From Takakia lepidozioides (taxonomy: Eukaryota > Plantae > Bryophyta), in assembly GCA_030704615.1 (NCBI GenBank), contig CM060731.1, forward strand, positions 37,758,001-37,822,000: 64,000 bases of DNA, in the 5' to 3' direction. Below are positions 45,801-57,931 of this stretch, in pieces. Numbering within the stretch: the stretch's first letter is position 1; every line of letters begins with the position of its first letter. Position numbers and translations under genes: made by a program. The notes under the pieces were generated by a model. The model searched no databases. It was given only the letters and a program-made list of their open reading frames with translations, and was not told where the DNA came from.

Positions 45801-47231
45801 CATCTGGCTTCCAATATACAGGCAATTACAGATGCTGATAATCCTTCCTTTGCTTCCATGCCCATGCTCAGCAAGAATCAGCTCACCATAGCTCACCTCA
45901 CGAACTGGCTGCAGACTGTTAGGGCATAGGAGGGTTGCATCTAGTGCACCTGCCAATGCTTTACTTTGTACTGGCATGCTAGCTTCAATCCTATAAGGTA
46001 TGACTGTAACTTATCTTCAGAATGCACTGAAAATTTGAGCCTAGAATTTGAGCCACTGCTGTCCGCACACTCTTTTCCTCCACAAGAGAAAAGGATCCAA
46101 ACCAAATGAGTGTGAGCAATTAGCCACCATCTAACTCAAGGATGAGGTACAAGTGTGGTGAATTGAGCACATACTTGATCTCCATTAGCAAGCTGGCCCC
46201 AATACACACTCCCAAAGCCTCCTTCCCCCAGCTTGTTGTCGTAGTTGAAGTTGTTTGTGGCTGCGTGTAGCTCTCTCAACGAAAATATGCGCCATGTGCT
46301 GCTCCTCTTCCCTTCAGCTGGCCTACATACAGGACCACATTTGCATAGAGAAAGGCTCAGTTAGTGAGAAGTAAGAGTTTTCAGGTCACAGAGGATTGTG
46401 GCAGAGTTCAGACTTAAGAGTTTTAGAAAACCACGACATGATCCTTTCTGGAGAGGGACTGAGACTGGACTGAACAGGAAAAGAAGGGATTGACAAATTT
46501 GAACACCACGCCCAGCACAAGGCTAGGTTTTCAGCTCATTATTGGTGAGGCACACCAATCAATGCAGAGGCTTGTCAGTGGGAGGCCCACATTCCACTGG
46601 CTGTCTGAATGTGGGTTGATTACAGCTCTAGATCACAACAGGCGTGGGTTTTAAGTGGGATATTGCCCAGTGGATAACACATTAGTCACAATGTTGGCCC
46701 ATCATCAGGGTAAATTGCAGATACTGACTGTCCCAACCAAACCCGACAAAACTGCCTGCCTCCCATTTTTTGGGTCAGCGTCAGGATGATTCTCTGCCAT
46801 TGCACTTCTCGATAGTCTCCTACTCTGTATCTGTTTCCATTCTAGCTTTCATTCCCCTAATATCACCTTCACTGTAGTGTGCATGAGAGATTTCTGCTTC
46901 TGTGTACAGGTACACATCTGCAAGGTAACGTCAAGCTTTTGCAACGTATTTGCCACAGCGCTGCTCCCTCTACAACCTCCATCTCCTCCTTTTCTCATGA
47001 GAATTTTGCCGAGAAAAGGTAGATGTCAAATTATGCACAAGATAAACTCTTCCCCATTCAAAGAGCAGTTCCGAGAAAATGGAGGGGCTAACGTGTTAAA
47101 AAGTGAGTTCAACATGATGTGCAATAAAACCGATACTAGTCCAGAGCCAAAGATCGGGTATAGAAGAAGGCCACTTACTTTCGCCTGGTGCCGCAGCAAT
47201 ACCATTTCGAGATAAATTTCCGTAATGCCAT
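42849..47231 (-). CDS. Receptor-like cytoplasmic kinase (PTI1-like, At3g15890/RLCK-XV type); exons 47231-47179, 46322-46175, 44241-43979, 43657-43252, 43074-end
   Basis: [82 protein letters not shown]; stop as read at 42940, alternative tail to 42849. Confidence 0.92.
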
Positions 47232-48399
47232 AATCCACATCCTTCTCCACCTTCCTGTCGTGGTATCTTCTTCTATAAGATTGCCAGATTTTCCTCGCTT
47301 TCCTTTATTGTCTGCAAACTGTGCAAACTCCAAACTCACGGCCTTGCGATGCCTCTATCAATGGTTGACTTCATCAGAGACTGCCGCTTTGAGAGAGCAG
47401 CACACGCGACCAACGCCATACTGCGCTGGAATTCAAGAAATGCGCCAAAAGTAATCCTGTTCCCCCTTCAGCTCTGCTTTGCTCCCTCCGAGCAGCCGAG
47501 CATACCATAAACGCCTACCATAACACTACCGAACTTCGCAGAACCCAAAAGCAGATGGATGCTTTCGTAGCAACAGCGCAAATTTCAAAAGAACGACACC
47601 GTCACCGCAATGTGAAAGAGACGAACCGAATAATACTCAGCGACAGGGAGATTCTGGGCCCACAAAGACATAAGAGAGAGGAAAAAGATGAAGGAAGGTG
47701 CGGTGCCGAAGCTGCGGCCAGAGCTCTGCTCATACACAGGTCTGCAGCAACATACACATTCAAAGCCGAGTCTTCGAGAAACTCGGGTGAGATTCGAAGA
47801 CAAAGGCGAGGAGGGAGCTCAGATGGATGCAAACCCAACAAGGTAGGAAAATTCGAAAACCCAAACCACATACAATCTAACCGGAGCTACAGAGCCAACA
47901 GTGGCAGCCGAGAAACGAGACACATCAGATCCTTGCGTCCCCAAACCCCCATAGCTTCAGCCGCACCGCAAGCTGGTGTGGCAGGAGGAAGGCGTCAGTG
48001 TGCTACAGTCGCGGTCTACACTGTACACTGCGCGTGTGTCTGCTGTGTGCGTTTCACCCTCGTTACAATCCCCGCATCGACCGTTTTCGGGGCCCTTTAG
48101 CCTCCTTTTAGAATATTACATCGTACGAACATATATCCCATAACGTTTGCACCTTACCACCTCCGGGAGGGGCTTATAAAGTACTGTCTATGCCCAGAGT
48201 TAACCGATATACCTTTACCCCAACGATATCCACGGGATCTGCTTTGAACGTGGGACTCCCGCAAAATGCCACACCGCCTAGATTCCCTGCACTACGTTGC
48301 ACATACGTATTCCGTCTATATTTCCTCGAGAGAAATACTAATACAATTGCTAGGCATTGGTGTCAAAAATCGCTAAGCCCCTCTTGTGCCTTCCCCAGG

Positions 48400-49150
48400 C
48401 TACTTCCTGATATGCTTCTCAAGGTAATACCTCCCTCAGATAACGTCAATCTTATTGAACTATTTCTGAAATAAATAAATGGATGAATTTTCAGGTTTAT
48501 TATGGATGAAAGTCTCTATTCGCAAAGAGCTGAAAACTATTTCCTGAAATGCTTTTCTCGAGGTAATACCTCCCTCAGATAACATCTTTCTTATTGAACA
48601 ATTTATGAGAAATAAATGGATGAATTTTCAGGTTTATTATGGATGAAAGTACATTTTACTATTCTCAACGAGTCCAAAACTACTTCCTGATATGCTTCTC
48701 AAGGCTTAATACCTCCCTCAGATAACATTTACAAAAAAGAAGGCGAAGCCTGATAGAAGCCTGATACATTAGGGTGGAGAAAATAACCACCATGAGGCCG
48801 TGGAGGCTTACAGTGGGGAGACTGCCCCCTAACCAAGATTCCAAAGATAGTCCAAGAGTCTAGGAAGACGGTGGACATGATTTTAACGATGAGGGGAAAT
48901 GCAGAAATGAAAGGAAACATCTTTCTTATTGAACGGTTCATGAAGAATAAATGGATGATTTTTTAGGTTTATCATGGATGAAAGTAGATGTCACTATTCA
49001 CAAAGAGCTGAAAACTACTTCCTGATAAGTATGCTTCTCAAGGTAATACATCCCTCAGATATCATTTTTCTATTGAACAATTTCTGGGAAATAAATGGAT
49101 GAATTTTCAGGTTTATTATGGATGAAAGTAGATTTCACTATTCGCAAAGA
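48400..49150. repeat. Four ~140-bp tandem units, the third interrupted by an insertion
   Basis: Unit core ...ATACCTCCCTCAGATAAC...AAATGGATGAATTTTCAGGTTTATTATGGATGAAAGT. Confidence 0.9.
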
Positions 49151-52076
49151 GGAGCCATACGTGTCTAGCCGCTTGCTATATACACTTTTGAAAACGGTTA
49201 TATGGTATCTACATTGTATTTATATTATAGAGCATTTCTTTACAGATGTGACGGAAGGACCATCTGACTAAAGGGATTTCCGATCAGAGGAGAATGTTCG
49301 TCCCATCGTGGTTGCTCTGTAATTTCTCCACCGCTGTCAGAGAGCCGTTCCTCCTGTTCTTTTCTTTTTTCCTTTTTTTTCTGGTTGGATGAAGGGGGTG
49401 ACAGTACCCAAATCAATAAATCAAAGAATAGCCGGATCTTATTACGACTTATTACTGATGATTGGGGTTGGATCTAATTGCTATTTGTTGAAGACGCTGG
49501 GATCCTTCTGGAGTGATGCGAGCGGTGCGGTTTCAAGTCTTGAAGAATCCGTCTAATTTAGCCTACAAATCTGAACAGCCCAGTTGTGCGCCACAAACCA
49601 AGATTCCCACCGCAGAAGGCAAATAAAATCACTGTACTACTTGCCTGCAGTGAGTATACTTATAGGCAATAATAGCGGGCATGGATGCAAACGTTATGGG
49701 ATAAATGTCATTGATGTGGAAAAGGGGTTCAGGAGGAAATCACAGTATAAAAAGAGGCCTTTGGTTTTCTGCGTAATTAATGGTCCAGCTTTTGGATGGA
49801 TGAACACTTACCTCCTCACGCCTTCAAAAACGTTCATCTTGTTGCTGCATGGCTGGCAGGCAGGCAGAGTGCAGGCAATGATTTGGGGGTGTGGGCAGCC
49901 TGCATATGCCATTCGTAGATGACAAATATTACTTTTCAGAATCCTTAAAGTGGGGGCGGGGGGCGTCGCGGGACCACTTTAATGCAGAGAGGGAATCAAT
50001 TGTCCCATAATGTTTGCCCCAAATACTGGACCACGAGAGTATAAAGTCAGGTTTGGTTCCTACCGATGGAAGTGGCAGGTATGTACTATGTACCGACGGT
50101 GACATGGGAGGTAGGTACGTGCAGGGAATCGTCGGACCCTAGGATGTATACCCGGTACCTACCTACAGGTGCGTATATGTCCGCGCCACCCTGGAGTATG
50201 GAGTTCCGTAAAGACGGGTACGTGTACAATACGGAGACTGTGTGTTGTTTCTAAGTTCTCGCTGTGGTTCTCGTGGTGATGGTGTGAGCTTGGGTTTACA
50301 GTGAATTACGTTTCTGGAAACGGAGATTCTGTAGCTCTTCGTGATTGTCGAAGTGTGCTTGCCGCTCCTCTGCTTTTATTTTGTGGCTGGAATAGCTTCT
50401 TGAATTCGCCATGAAGAGATATGGCAGGGTAATGGTTTCGGGCACGACAGAAGCTCTCTGGAGGAATGGTTCACAAAGTTTGCATTGCCGCTGCACGCGT
50501 CGTTCGCTTCTCTTGTTGTGTCCTCGGGACTCTCTCTGTTTGGCCCTCACAGCAGGCCCACGGAGACGCAGCAGTAAGGTACACACATCGTAGAGCAGAG
50601 GATTTCATGCTTGACCTAAATTTTGCTGACTTGTGCGCCTGAAATCTTGGAGTGGTGGACAAAGTTATGGAGATTGAGGAGGGAGAACTAAAATGGTTGA
50701 GATGCTGCTTGCCTCATAGATCGGACGACGATGAAATGGTAATGCCGATGATTCTATAAGGTCGGAGGCAACCGTTGCTTCCCACATGCATAGCCTAGCA
50801 GCCAAAGATCGAAACTCCAAGTCGATACTTCGACAATAAGTTCAGGTACTACGATTATCTAGTATTTTATTATTGCATAACAGACCAAACTTGTAAGAAA
50901 TAAATCTTGTAACGACCATTGTAGCTCAAAGAGCTTTGTATAACAAAGATAGCACCACAGACAGAGATCTTCACTCGGAAGCTGAGGCTTTGTCTGCATG
51001 TTATACTCTTTTGTTCACCAACTCCTTGAGCGAGACAGGGACACGGACAGAAGGAAGGGAAGATAATTGTGATTTTGTTAGTATTATCTCCTTTGAAAGC
51101 GTCTCCCTTGGCATGTCGTCATAATTTGTGCAGCACTGTGGTGTTGGACTAGTTCAAAGTGACTATTGGGTTTGCGGGAGTTCTTCACCAACAAGTGGAG
51201 GAATGAAGCTCCTAGGAGCAGGTCAGTCAATGGCTGCATGTTTTCTTCTGTTCGCCTGCCAGTTCTCCCCTATTAACATTCATCTGCATCTTAACTGTCT
51301 GTCTTCATTTAATTACCCGTCCATGTTCTGGTGAACTCAATCGCACTAGAATTCAATTGCCGAACATTCATCCTTGCATAAAGAACACTGTAGGATAGCA
51401 GCGTTGAAGAGTGAGGTGGTAAAACAGATACGTTTAGGGTTGACTGTGAAAGGTTACATGGGCTTCTATTTTTCTTTGTCAGCAGCTCTTCGGATGTCAA
51501 CAGGAGGAACCCTGGGTTAGGAAGAACCAAATTTGAATTTTCCCTTGCCCTCTATGGTGGCAAGTTTTGCCCTTATGGTTACTCCATTGTTCACAATTCT
51601 CTTCCTTCAAGCTCATCTCTTGTGAAACATGTTCTTTTTCCTGCAAGAAGATCATCATTTGATAATCACGATGAAGATTTCCTAAGCCTGTGACAATGAG
51701 AGTTACAGATTTCCTTTTGGGGTTGATGACAAGTGTTCCAGAGAAAAAAGGATATCTCATAACACCTGTGCTTAATTCTATAGCTCTGGCCACCTTGTCA
51801 TGGCTAAATTTCATATCCACCACTTGACTAACTCAATAGCCAAGTAGAATTCATTCGAATTCTTGCTAGTAGTCAAGAATCGAATGAAATCTGTTGGGAA
51901 GTTGGAGACAGTTAGGTTTATGTATCATAAAAACAGAGCTAATGAAGGTCTCTCCCTCTTTTAGTGTCTTCGTCATTTACTGCCAAGACCTCATTAGGAA
52001 TGTTGTGTGGTGATGTAGGTTTGTAGATCAAACTGTTGTGGGGCCTGTGTCATTGCTGTCATCTCCCACTGTGAAC

Positions 52077-53465
52077 ATGGAAGTAGCTATAGAATCGAAG
52101 ACACGGCCTGCATTTTTGAAATGTGAAGATGGAGTGTTGCTGACTAGCAATGAGGCAGAATTTCTTGTGGAACACTTGCATACCTTTGGGATTGAGCAAG
52201 TGGGGAGCGTGAAATGGTTGACACAACACAGACATTTGGAAAAACTGAATCTACAGGCTCACTACAACACCATGGCACACAGTGATGAGTTTGTGATGGC
52301 GGCTCTGATCTCTCATGGCAAGATGGAAGTGCTAATGCACGAGCTTCTTGTGGTTGAGTTATGGAAAGAAAAAGTGTTTCCGTTTATCATAAAAGAGCTT
52401 GTTGCTGGAGCCTCGACAATCACTCTCAATCTGATTCTCTACCAAGAGACAACCATCATCAACTTGTTGGAGGTCCTTCTGTATCACCGGGAAGCATGCG
52501 AAGCATTGGGTTCAGATGCTCCGCTTGAACTTGTCGATTATTGCTACAGGAAATTGGTCTATCTCAATACACAAGCATACGAGGATGTGACTTATAAACA
52601 GAGAAATGCAGCTGAGCTCCTCAATTTAAAGCCCGAGGAAGAAATGATTGAAAAGGCAGCTAGCATGCAGTTTGGAATCGGAGTTTGCGCACTGACTATT
52701 CTTAGATACTTAACAGACTACATGGGTGACCTACCTCTCTCAGTTTTGGCACGACTATTGGACACCCATGATGTCATTATGGCGTTGATTCCTCTTGTGG
52801 AGAACCCACCTTGGATTCGGAAGCGAACACGCTCTGACAAGTTAGTGACAGAACAATACATGGAAGGGAAGTGGGTACATATGGAGCCAAAAGATCGCTT
52901 CAAATTGACCAAGCCTGCTGCTCAACTATGGTTGGCACTTTACAACCTTATTGTGGATATACGGTGTCGCGCCAAGTACGACTACAATGATTTCCGTCGA
53001 GATCAAGTCCTTAAATTGAGAAAATATTTGAATGATCTGCTCCTTGATCAACTACCAATTCTCAAAGAGTTGAAGTGGGCAGTGGAGGAGCTTGTTCTTC
53101 AAGTCCCACCATGTGCGACAGACAATAAAATGGGTCGGTTAATTATTGAACACATACCTGTGCTGAGAGAAAGGCTTTGCCGCCAAAAGAATTGGAGGAA
53201 TATAGCCCAAACGCAGATGGAAACCGTGTTATCCGCTTTGGGAGATTCAGAACTTAGCATGCAAAAAGAAGCTCAAGAGATGCTGCGAATGTTTGAGATT
53301 GGGGAGATGATGGAAGCACCCTCTTGTGCAGTGTGTGGGGCAGCTGCTGTGCAACGGTGCTCGAGGTGCAAAACAGAATGGTACTGTGGACGAAAATGTC
53401 AAGTCTCGGTTTGGAAAACTCACAAACCAGTTTGTGATATCTTGACTAACAATGTTGACAAGTGA
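52077..53465 (+). CDS. ZMYND10: ZMYND10/BLU-like axonemal dynein assembly factor, intronless CDS
   Basis: Long ORF with W..QH..LEKLNLQA, ELLVVELWKEKVFP, ELVDYCYRKL, LLDQLPIL and a C-terminal MYND finger CAVCG..AVQRCSRCKTEWYCGRKCQ...W..HK..C. Confidence 0.93.
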   Translation: MEVAIESKTRPAFLKCEDGVLLTSNEAEFLVEHLHTFGIEQVGSVKWLTQHRHLEKLNLQAHYNTMAHSDEFVMAALISHGKMEVLMHELLVVELWKEKVFPFIIKELVAGASTITLNLILYQETTIINLLEVLLYHREACEALGSDAPLELVDYCYRKLVYLNTQAYEDVTYKQRNAAELLNLKPEEEMIEKAASMQFGIGVCALTILRYLTDYMGDLPLSVLARLLDTHDVIMALIPLVENPPWIRKRTRSDKLVTEQYMEGKWVHMEPKDRFKLTKPAAQLWLALYNLIVDIRCRAKYDYNDFRRDQVLKLRKYLNDLLLDQLPILKELKWAVEELVLQVPPCATDNKMGRLIIEHIPVLRERLCRQKNWRNIAQTQMETVLSALGDSELSMQKEAQEMLRMFEIGEMMEAPSCAVCGAAAVQRCSRCKTEWYCGRKCQVSVWKTHKPVCDILTNNVDK

Positions 53466-55207
53466 CAGCCACATTGTTTGCTGAATTTTGCATCTTTCTT
53501 GACGTAGGCCTCTTCCCTCTTCTTACAATCTGATGAGCAAATCACACCACATTGTTCAGTCACATTTACCTTGATACGTCGAATCTCATTATCCCCTTTC
53601 CTTTCGTATATGACATGTTAAATCTTGCGGTCACCATGAAGCTCGAGGCGAGAATGTACACTGATGGTCCCACCCACCATGCACTAACATGAGTGGGACT
53701 CAGTTCACAAGTAGACATATATGCAATGGACAGCCAAGTACAAATTTCTATGATAGTGAAGAATGAAATCGCAAATTGTCAGCCAAGTCATGCCGGGTAT
53801 TTGCTCTAGTCCATGGCCTCCAGTCACAACATTCAGGTAATATAATGAGCCTCCCCCTCCCTTGGTGTGGAGATGACAAGTTGGAGTAGGTAGCTCACAG
53901 AAGAAGACCAAGGCCTTTGACAAGCCTGAACCCACACCCTCACCTGTCTCCATATTAAAAACTGGGTGTGACGTGTGACAGTAGGGATGCAGTCATTGAA
54001 GAAATCAAGTCAAGTCTGGCCACAAAAAGCAAAAGTCAATGTCTGAATTTGGAAGTCCGTGGAAGCAATCGCTTTGTTTATGAGCAGAGAGCATCCAAAG
54101 AAAGCATGGTTGATTGTCGTGAAGGAGACGACCGTGACAAGCTCACACTCGAAAGCTCTACCAGTCTACATCGTGTTTGTTGATAACTCATTTTGTCAAA
54201 CTCTAACGACCCTGCTTAAGACTTGTGCTGTTGGATCCGTCCGAGAGTGCCGGTTGGAATCCGGGAAATTGAGATTAGTGTCGGTCTCCAACCGCACTTG
54301 TGTGTATGTTTGTATGATCGCGAATGATCGATCAGAAAGCACAGGCAGCATAGAGCCGGGTTGGGTTTTTGTGATCTGTGCAAGATCCCATGGCGCCGGT
54401 GCTGAAGTTTGTGAAGGCGTTCTTTCTAGGCCTGCTTCATCGCAAGCGCTCCCGCTCCCGGTGTGCTTCACTTTCGCTATGTCCCTCAAAAATATGTTTG
54501 TTCATGTGAATAAGTCGGGGTTCTGCACCCGTATGTGCCCGTTGATCCTCAAAGTTGAATCTTGACAGAACATAGGTGTACAAGCGAGCGAGCGAGAGAG
54601 AGAGAGAGAGAGTAGTGATTGACCATACCGCCACTGTTGGCGATGACGTACATATAGTTAGAGTGGTTTTCCAACTCACCAGGGTGTAGGAATTCAGCCC
54701 CGAATGCCAATAGCCCTCGTCGACCAGAATGTGGTCGAAGGGAATTGATGGATGGGCATCATAGAAGAAGGCATGTTGTTGCAAGCAGCAGTGGTCCTGT
54801 AACCGTTTCACTTGTGAGAAGTCGCTGTTGTCGCAGTGCCAGTCACACTTCTTCAGAGAGAGAGAGAAGATAGAATAAAAGGCGAGAGTTTTATCCATGG
54901 AATTTGAAATCCTATGGCTCGTTGTTGTTTTCTATTATGGAACGAAGGTGGGAAAGGCTGTTTGCTTTGGTTCTTCATGTTTTTTTTGTAACCCTAGATT
55001 GCTCACTACTGACCCCATGGTGAACCTTAGGTATCAAGAAGGGACCAAAGGAAATTAGCCAGATAACTCAAGCAGATGCTTTTTGTGTCGTTGTTGTTCA
55101 ATTCCAGCATTTTGACCAGTAGACGTATTTAGTTGATGTAGTCTTATAGGTCCTGATGGTCACAACAAGAACTGAGATTTACCTTGGCCTGTTGGAGTTT
55201 GTGACAG

Positions 55208-56462
55208 GAAAGAGAAGAAGAGTGATGGTTGGCAGGTGGGTGATGTGGGAGGTACTCCACTGGGTGACATAGGGCAGGCTGGAAACGTGTACTGGGGCCG
55301 TCTCCGCAATGGCACTCAAGTCAGTGGTGTCCTCTGGCTGTGGTCTTTCCCTTTCTTGCTGTAGGCACTGAATTTTGTCTTCATGAAAAAAAATTCTTTC
55401 ATCATAATTTCTTGCACTTCTTCCGCCTCCCTACTTTGTGATACACACTAAGTTGTCTAAATTGGTTGGCATGCACATTCAATAAACATCTCTCTATCTT
55501 CCCCTGGAAGAAGATTTACATCCAAAATGTTGTTCAATCCTTGGCATGTGGGTGGGGCGAACAGATAGCAGTGAAGAGATTGGACAGTGAGGGTATGAAA
55601 CCGGCAACTGAATTCTGCTCGGCGGCATCCATCTTGGGGGCCATTCGACATAAGAACTTGCTCAGCCTGAGGGGCTACTGTGCTGAAGGATCTGAACGTC
55701 TTACTGTCTATGACTACATGCCCAATCTCAGCTTGCAAACCCACCTCCATGCTATGGGTACATTTGAAGCCCCACTCAATTGGCAGCACCGAATGATTAT
55801 TGCTCTTGGATCAGCAGAGGGCCTTCTGTAAGTGATCTTTTGTTAAAAAATCTTTCTTTTGCTTTGTATGTTTGAATTAGGCTTTTTCTACCCTGGGAGT
55901 GAAGGCTCTGTTGTCTCAATGTATCAGTAAGTCCATTGACATCCCACTGGAACACAGATATCTGCACCAACGTGTGAGCCCACCCATGGTTCACGGAAAT
56001 GTGAAATCTGGCAACGTCATTCTGAACTCCAAATTTGAAGCTCTCCTATCAGACTTTGGGTTCTCACAGTTGATGGCTGCTGGGGCTTCTGACTGCAAAA
56101 AAGATGACAAAGCAACACTTGGATATATCGCGCCGGAGTACTTAAAGGGGGCTGAATTCTCACAGAGTTGCGATGTTTACAGCTTTGGAATTCTCTTGAC
56201 AGAGATTATCACAGGAAGGAAGCCAATTGAGACAGTGCCAGGGACAGATGTAAGGAGAACAATAATGGAGTGGGCTGTGCCTTTCATACAGGATAGGAGT
56301 GTAAATGACTTGGCTGACCCAAAATTACAAGGGCAATTTGTGCAAGACGAGCTAAGTAGGGCCGTTCATGTGGCAACAATGTGCACCCAAAGCTTACCTC
56401 AGAATAGGCCAACAATGCTGCAAGTGGTGTGTATGTTGAAGGACTCAGGACACCAGGGATAA
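55208..56462 (+). CDS. RLCK paralogue, probable pseudokinase; exons 55208-55319, 55565-55827, 55958-56462; first exon not resolved
   Basis: Shares [21 protein letters not shown] and [11 protein letters not shown] and two internal intron positions with the minus-strand kinase; HRD replaced by HGN. Confidence 0.85.
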
Positions 56463-57601
56463 GGTCCAACCCCAATCTCAGATACATCTGTCGATGAGCC
56501 AGGGCTACCCAACATCTAGATCTTGCCAACGAAAGACATACCAATGAACTGGAAAGTTCATTCCAGGGTTATCACGGATCAAGATTTGGTGTGTGCATCA
56601 CTTCCTGTTGTCAAATCCTCATTTGACACACAAATGGCTACCGCCAATGGCAGATGTCATCTGTATTGGAAAGAGCCATAATTGTAGAGCTCATAGGAGG
56701 GTAATTAAAAGTCACTCTTCTCTCCCCTCCTCGCTCACATACACGGACAGATGTTCAACCCTGATGGTGTTGCACAGAATGCGGAGGTTCCTACACTTCA
56801 AGACATGCAGTGGACATATATCATAGTCTTCAAACCTTCCAGCTGGAAGCTGTTTCTTTTTCTCTCTTTCTCGTGAAGGGACTCTAGGACAAACGCAGTC
56901 TTATGACTACATTCTCATGATGGAACTGATTAGATGTGTTAGTTTGTATTTAACTACTGTGTATTTCCTTAGACCTTGAAAAAATGAAGTCATAACATTA
57001 TCTGATTGGGATGTAGACCCACTATTGAGAAAGCGTACCGCGTATTGTATGTTGACTGACTTGCAAGGATAGTAATCATGCTTTGTTTCTGTGCAATGCA
57101 TGCTCTCGCGAAAAGTGGGATGCTAATGCTTTTACAGAGTGATCTCCAAGGAGTTTATACACAGGCAGTTGTTAAGGGCCTTCTTCTACTGTTTGAGTTC
57201 AGAGAATTCCTGAAGCAGGGCTCAAGTTCTGAAGTCAGTGAGTGAAGAGTTGGTTGGTCAATGGCCTCTGTTTTTTTTCTCTGTCACAGGACCAATATGG
57301 TATGTATGTATATATAGTTAGATGAGGGAATAGGTAGACTTCACTGTAGCAGCCGAGTTCGAACACACGACCAGCTGGGCTACAACCACGCGTCAATTCC
57401 TATGCGGTCAATCCTGCAGTCCAACAGGACGCTGCACACTGTCAAAATTTAGAGGGGTCTGTTGTATATAAGTCAACCACTAGTACACACGTGGCATTTG
57501 TAATTGCGGCACATCCGGGTACTGTTGTCGGTGAGGATATGGACGAAAGAGGATTGGATGGATGTGATTGGTCATCCAGGCTTTGTTCTGTCGTTGATTT
57601 G

Positions 57602-57890
57602 GCACACATCCTGCTGGTGATGGGTGAATGCTTGGAACAACCTGTATGAGGGTTGTCTTAAGCGTAGATAGACCGGGATGGATGACCGCCCTGTCGCCTC
57701 TTGGATCCGTGGCAGTTTTCTATATTCCTTCGCACACATCCAGCTGGTGATGGGTGAATGCTTGAAACAACCTGTATGGGGGTTGTTGTAAGCGTAGATA
57801 GACCCGGAGGGGATGACCGCCCTGTCGTCTCTTTGATGCGTGGCAGTTTTCTATCTTCGCATACACGCTGCTGGTGATGGAGGAATGATT
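57602..57890. repeat. ~130-bp tandem repeat (2 copies plus a partial third) just upstream of ZCCHC8
   Basis: GCACACATCC.GCTGGTGATGGGTGAATGCTTG.AACAACCTGTATG repeated. Confidence 0.88.
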
Positions 57891-57931
57891 GGAGCAATGG
57901 AGGCGCATAGAGTGTAGACAGGATTTCAGTC

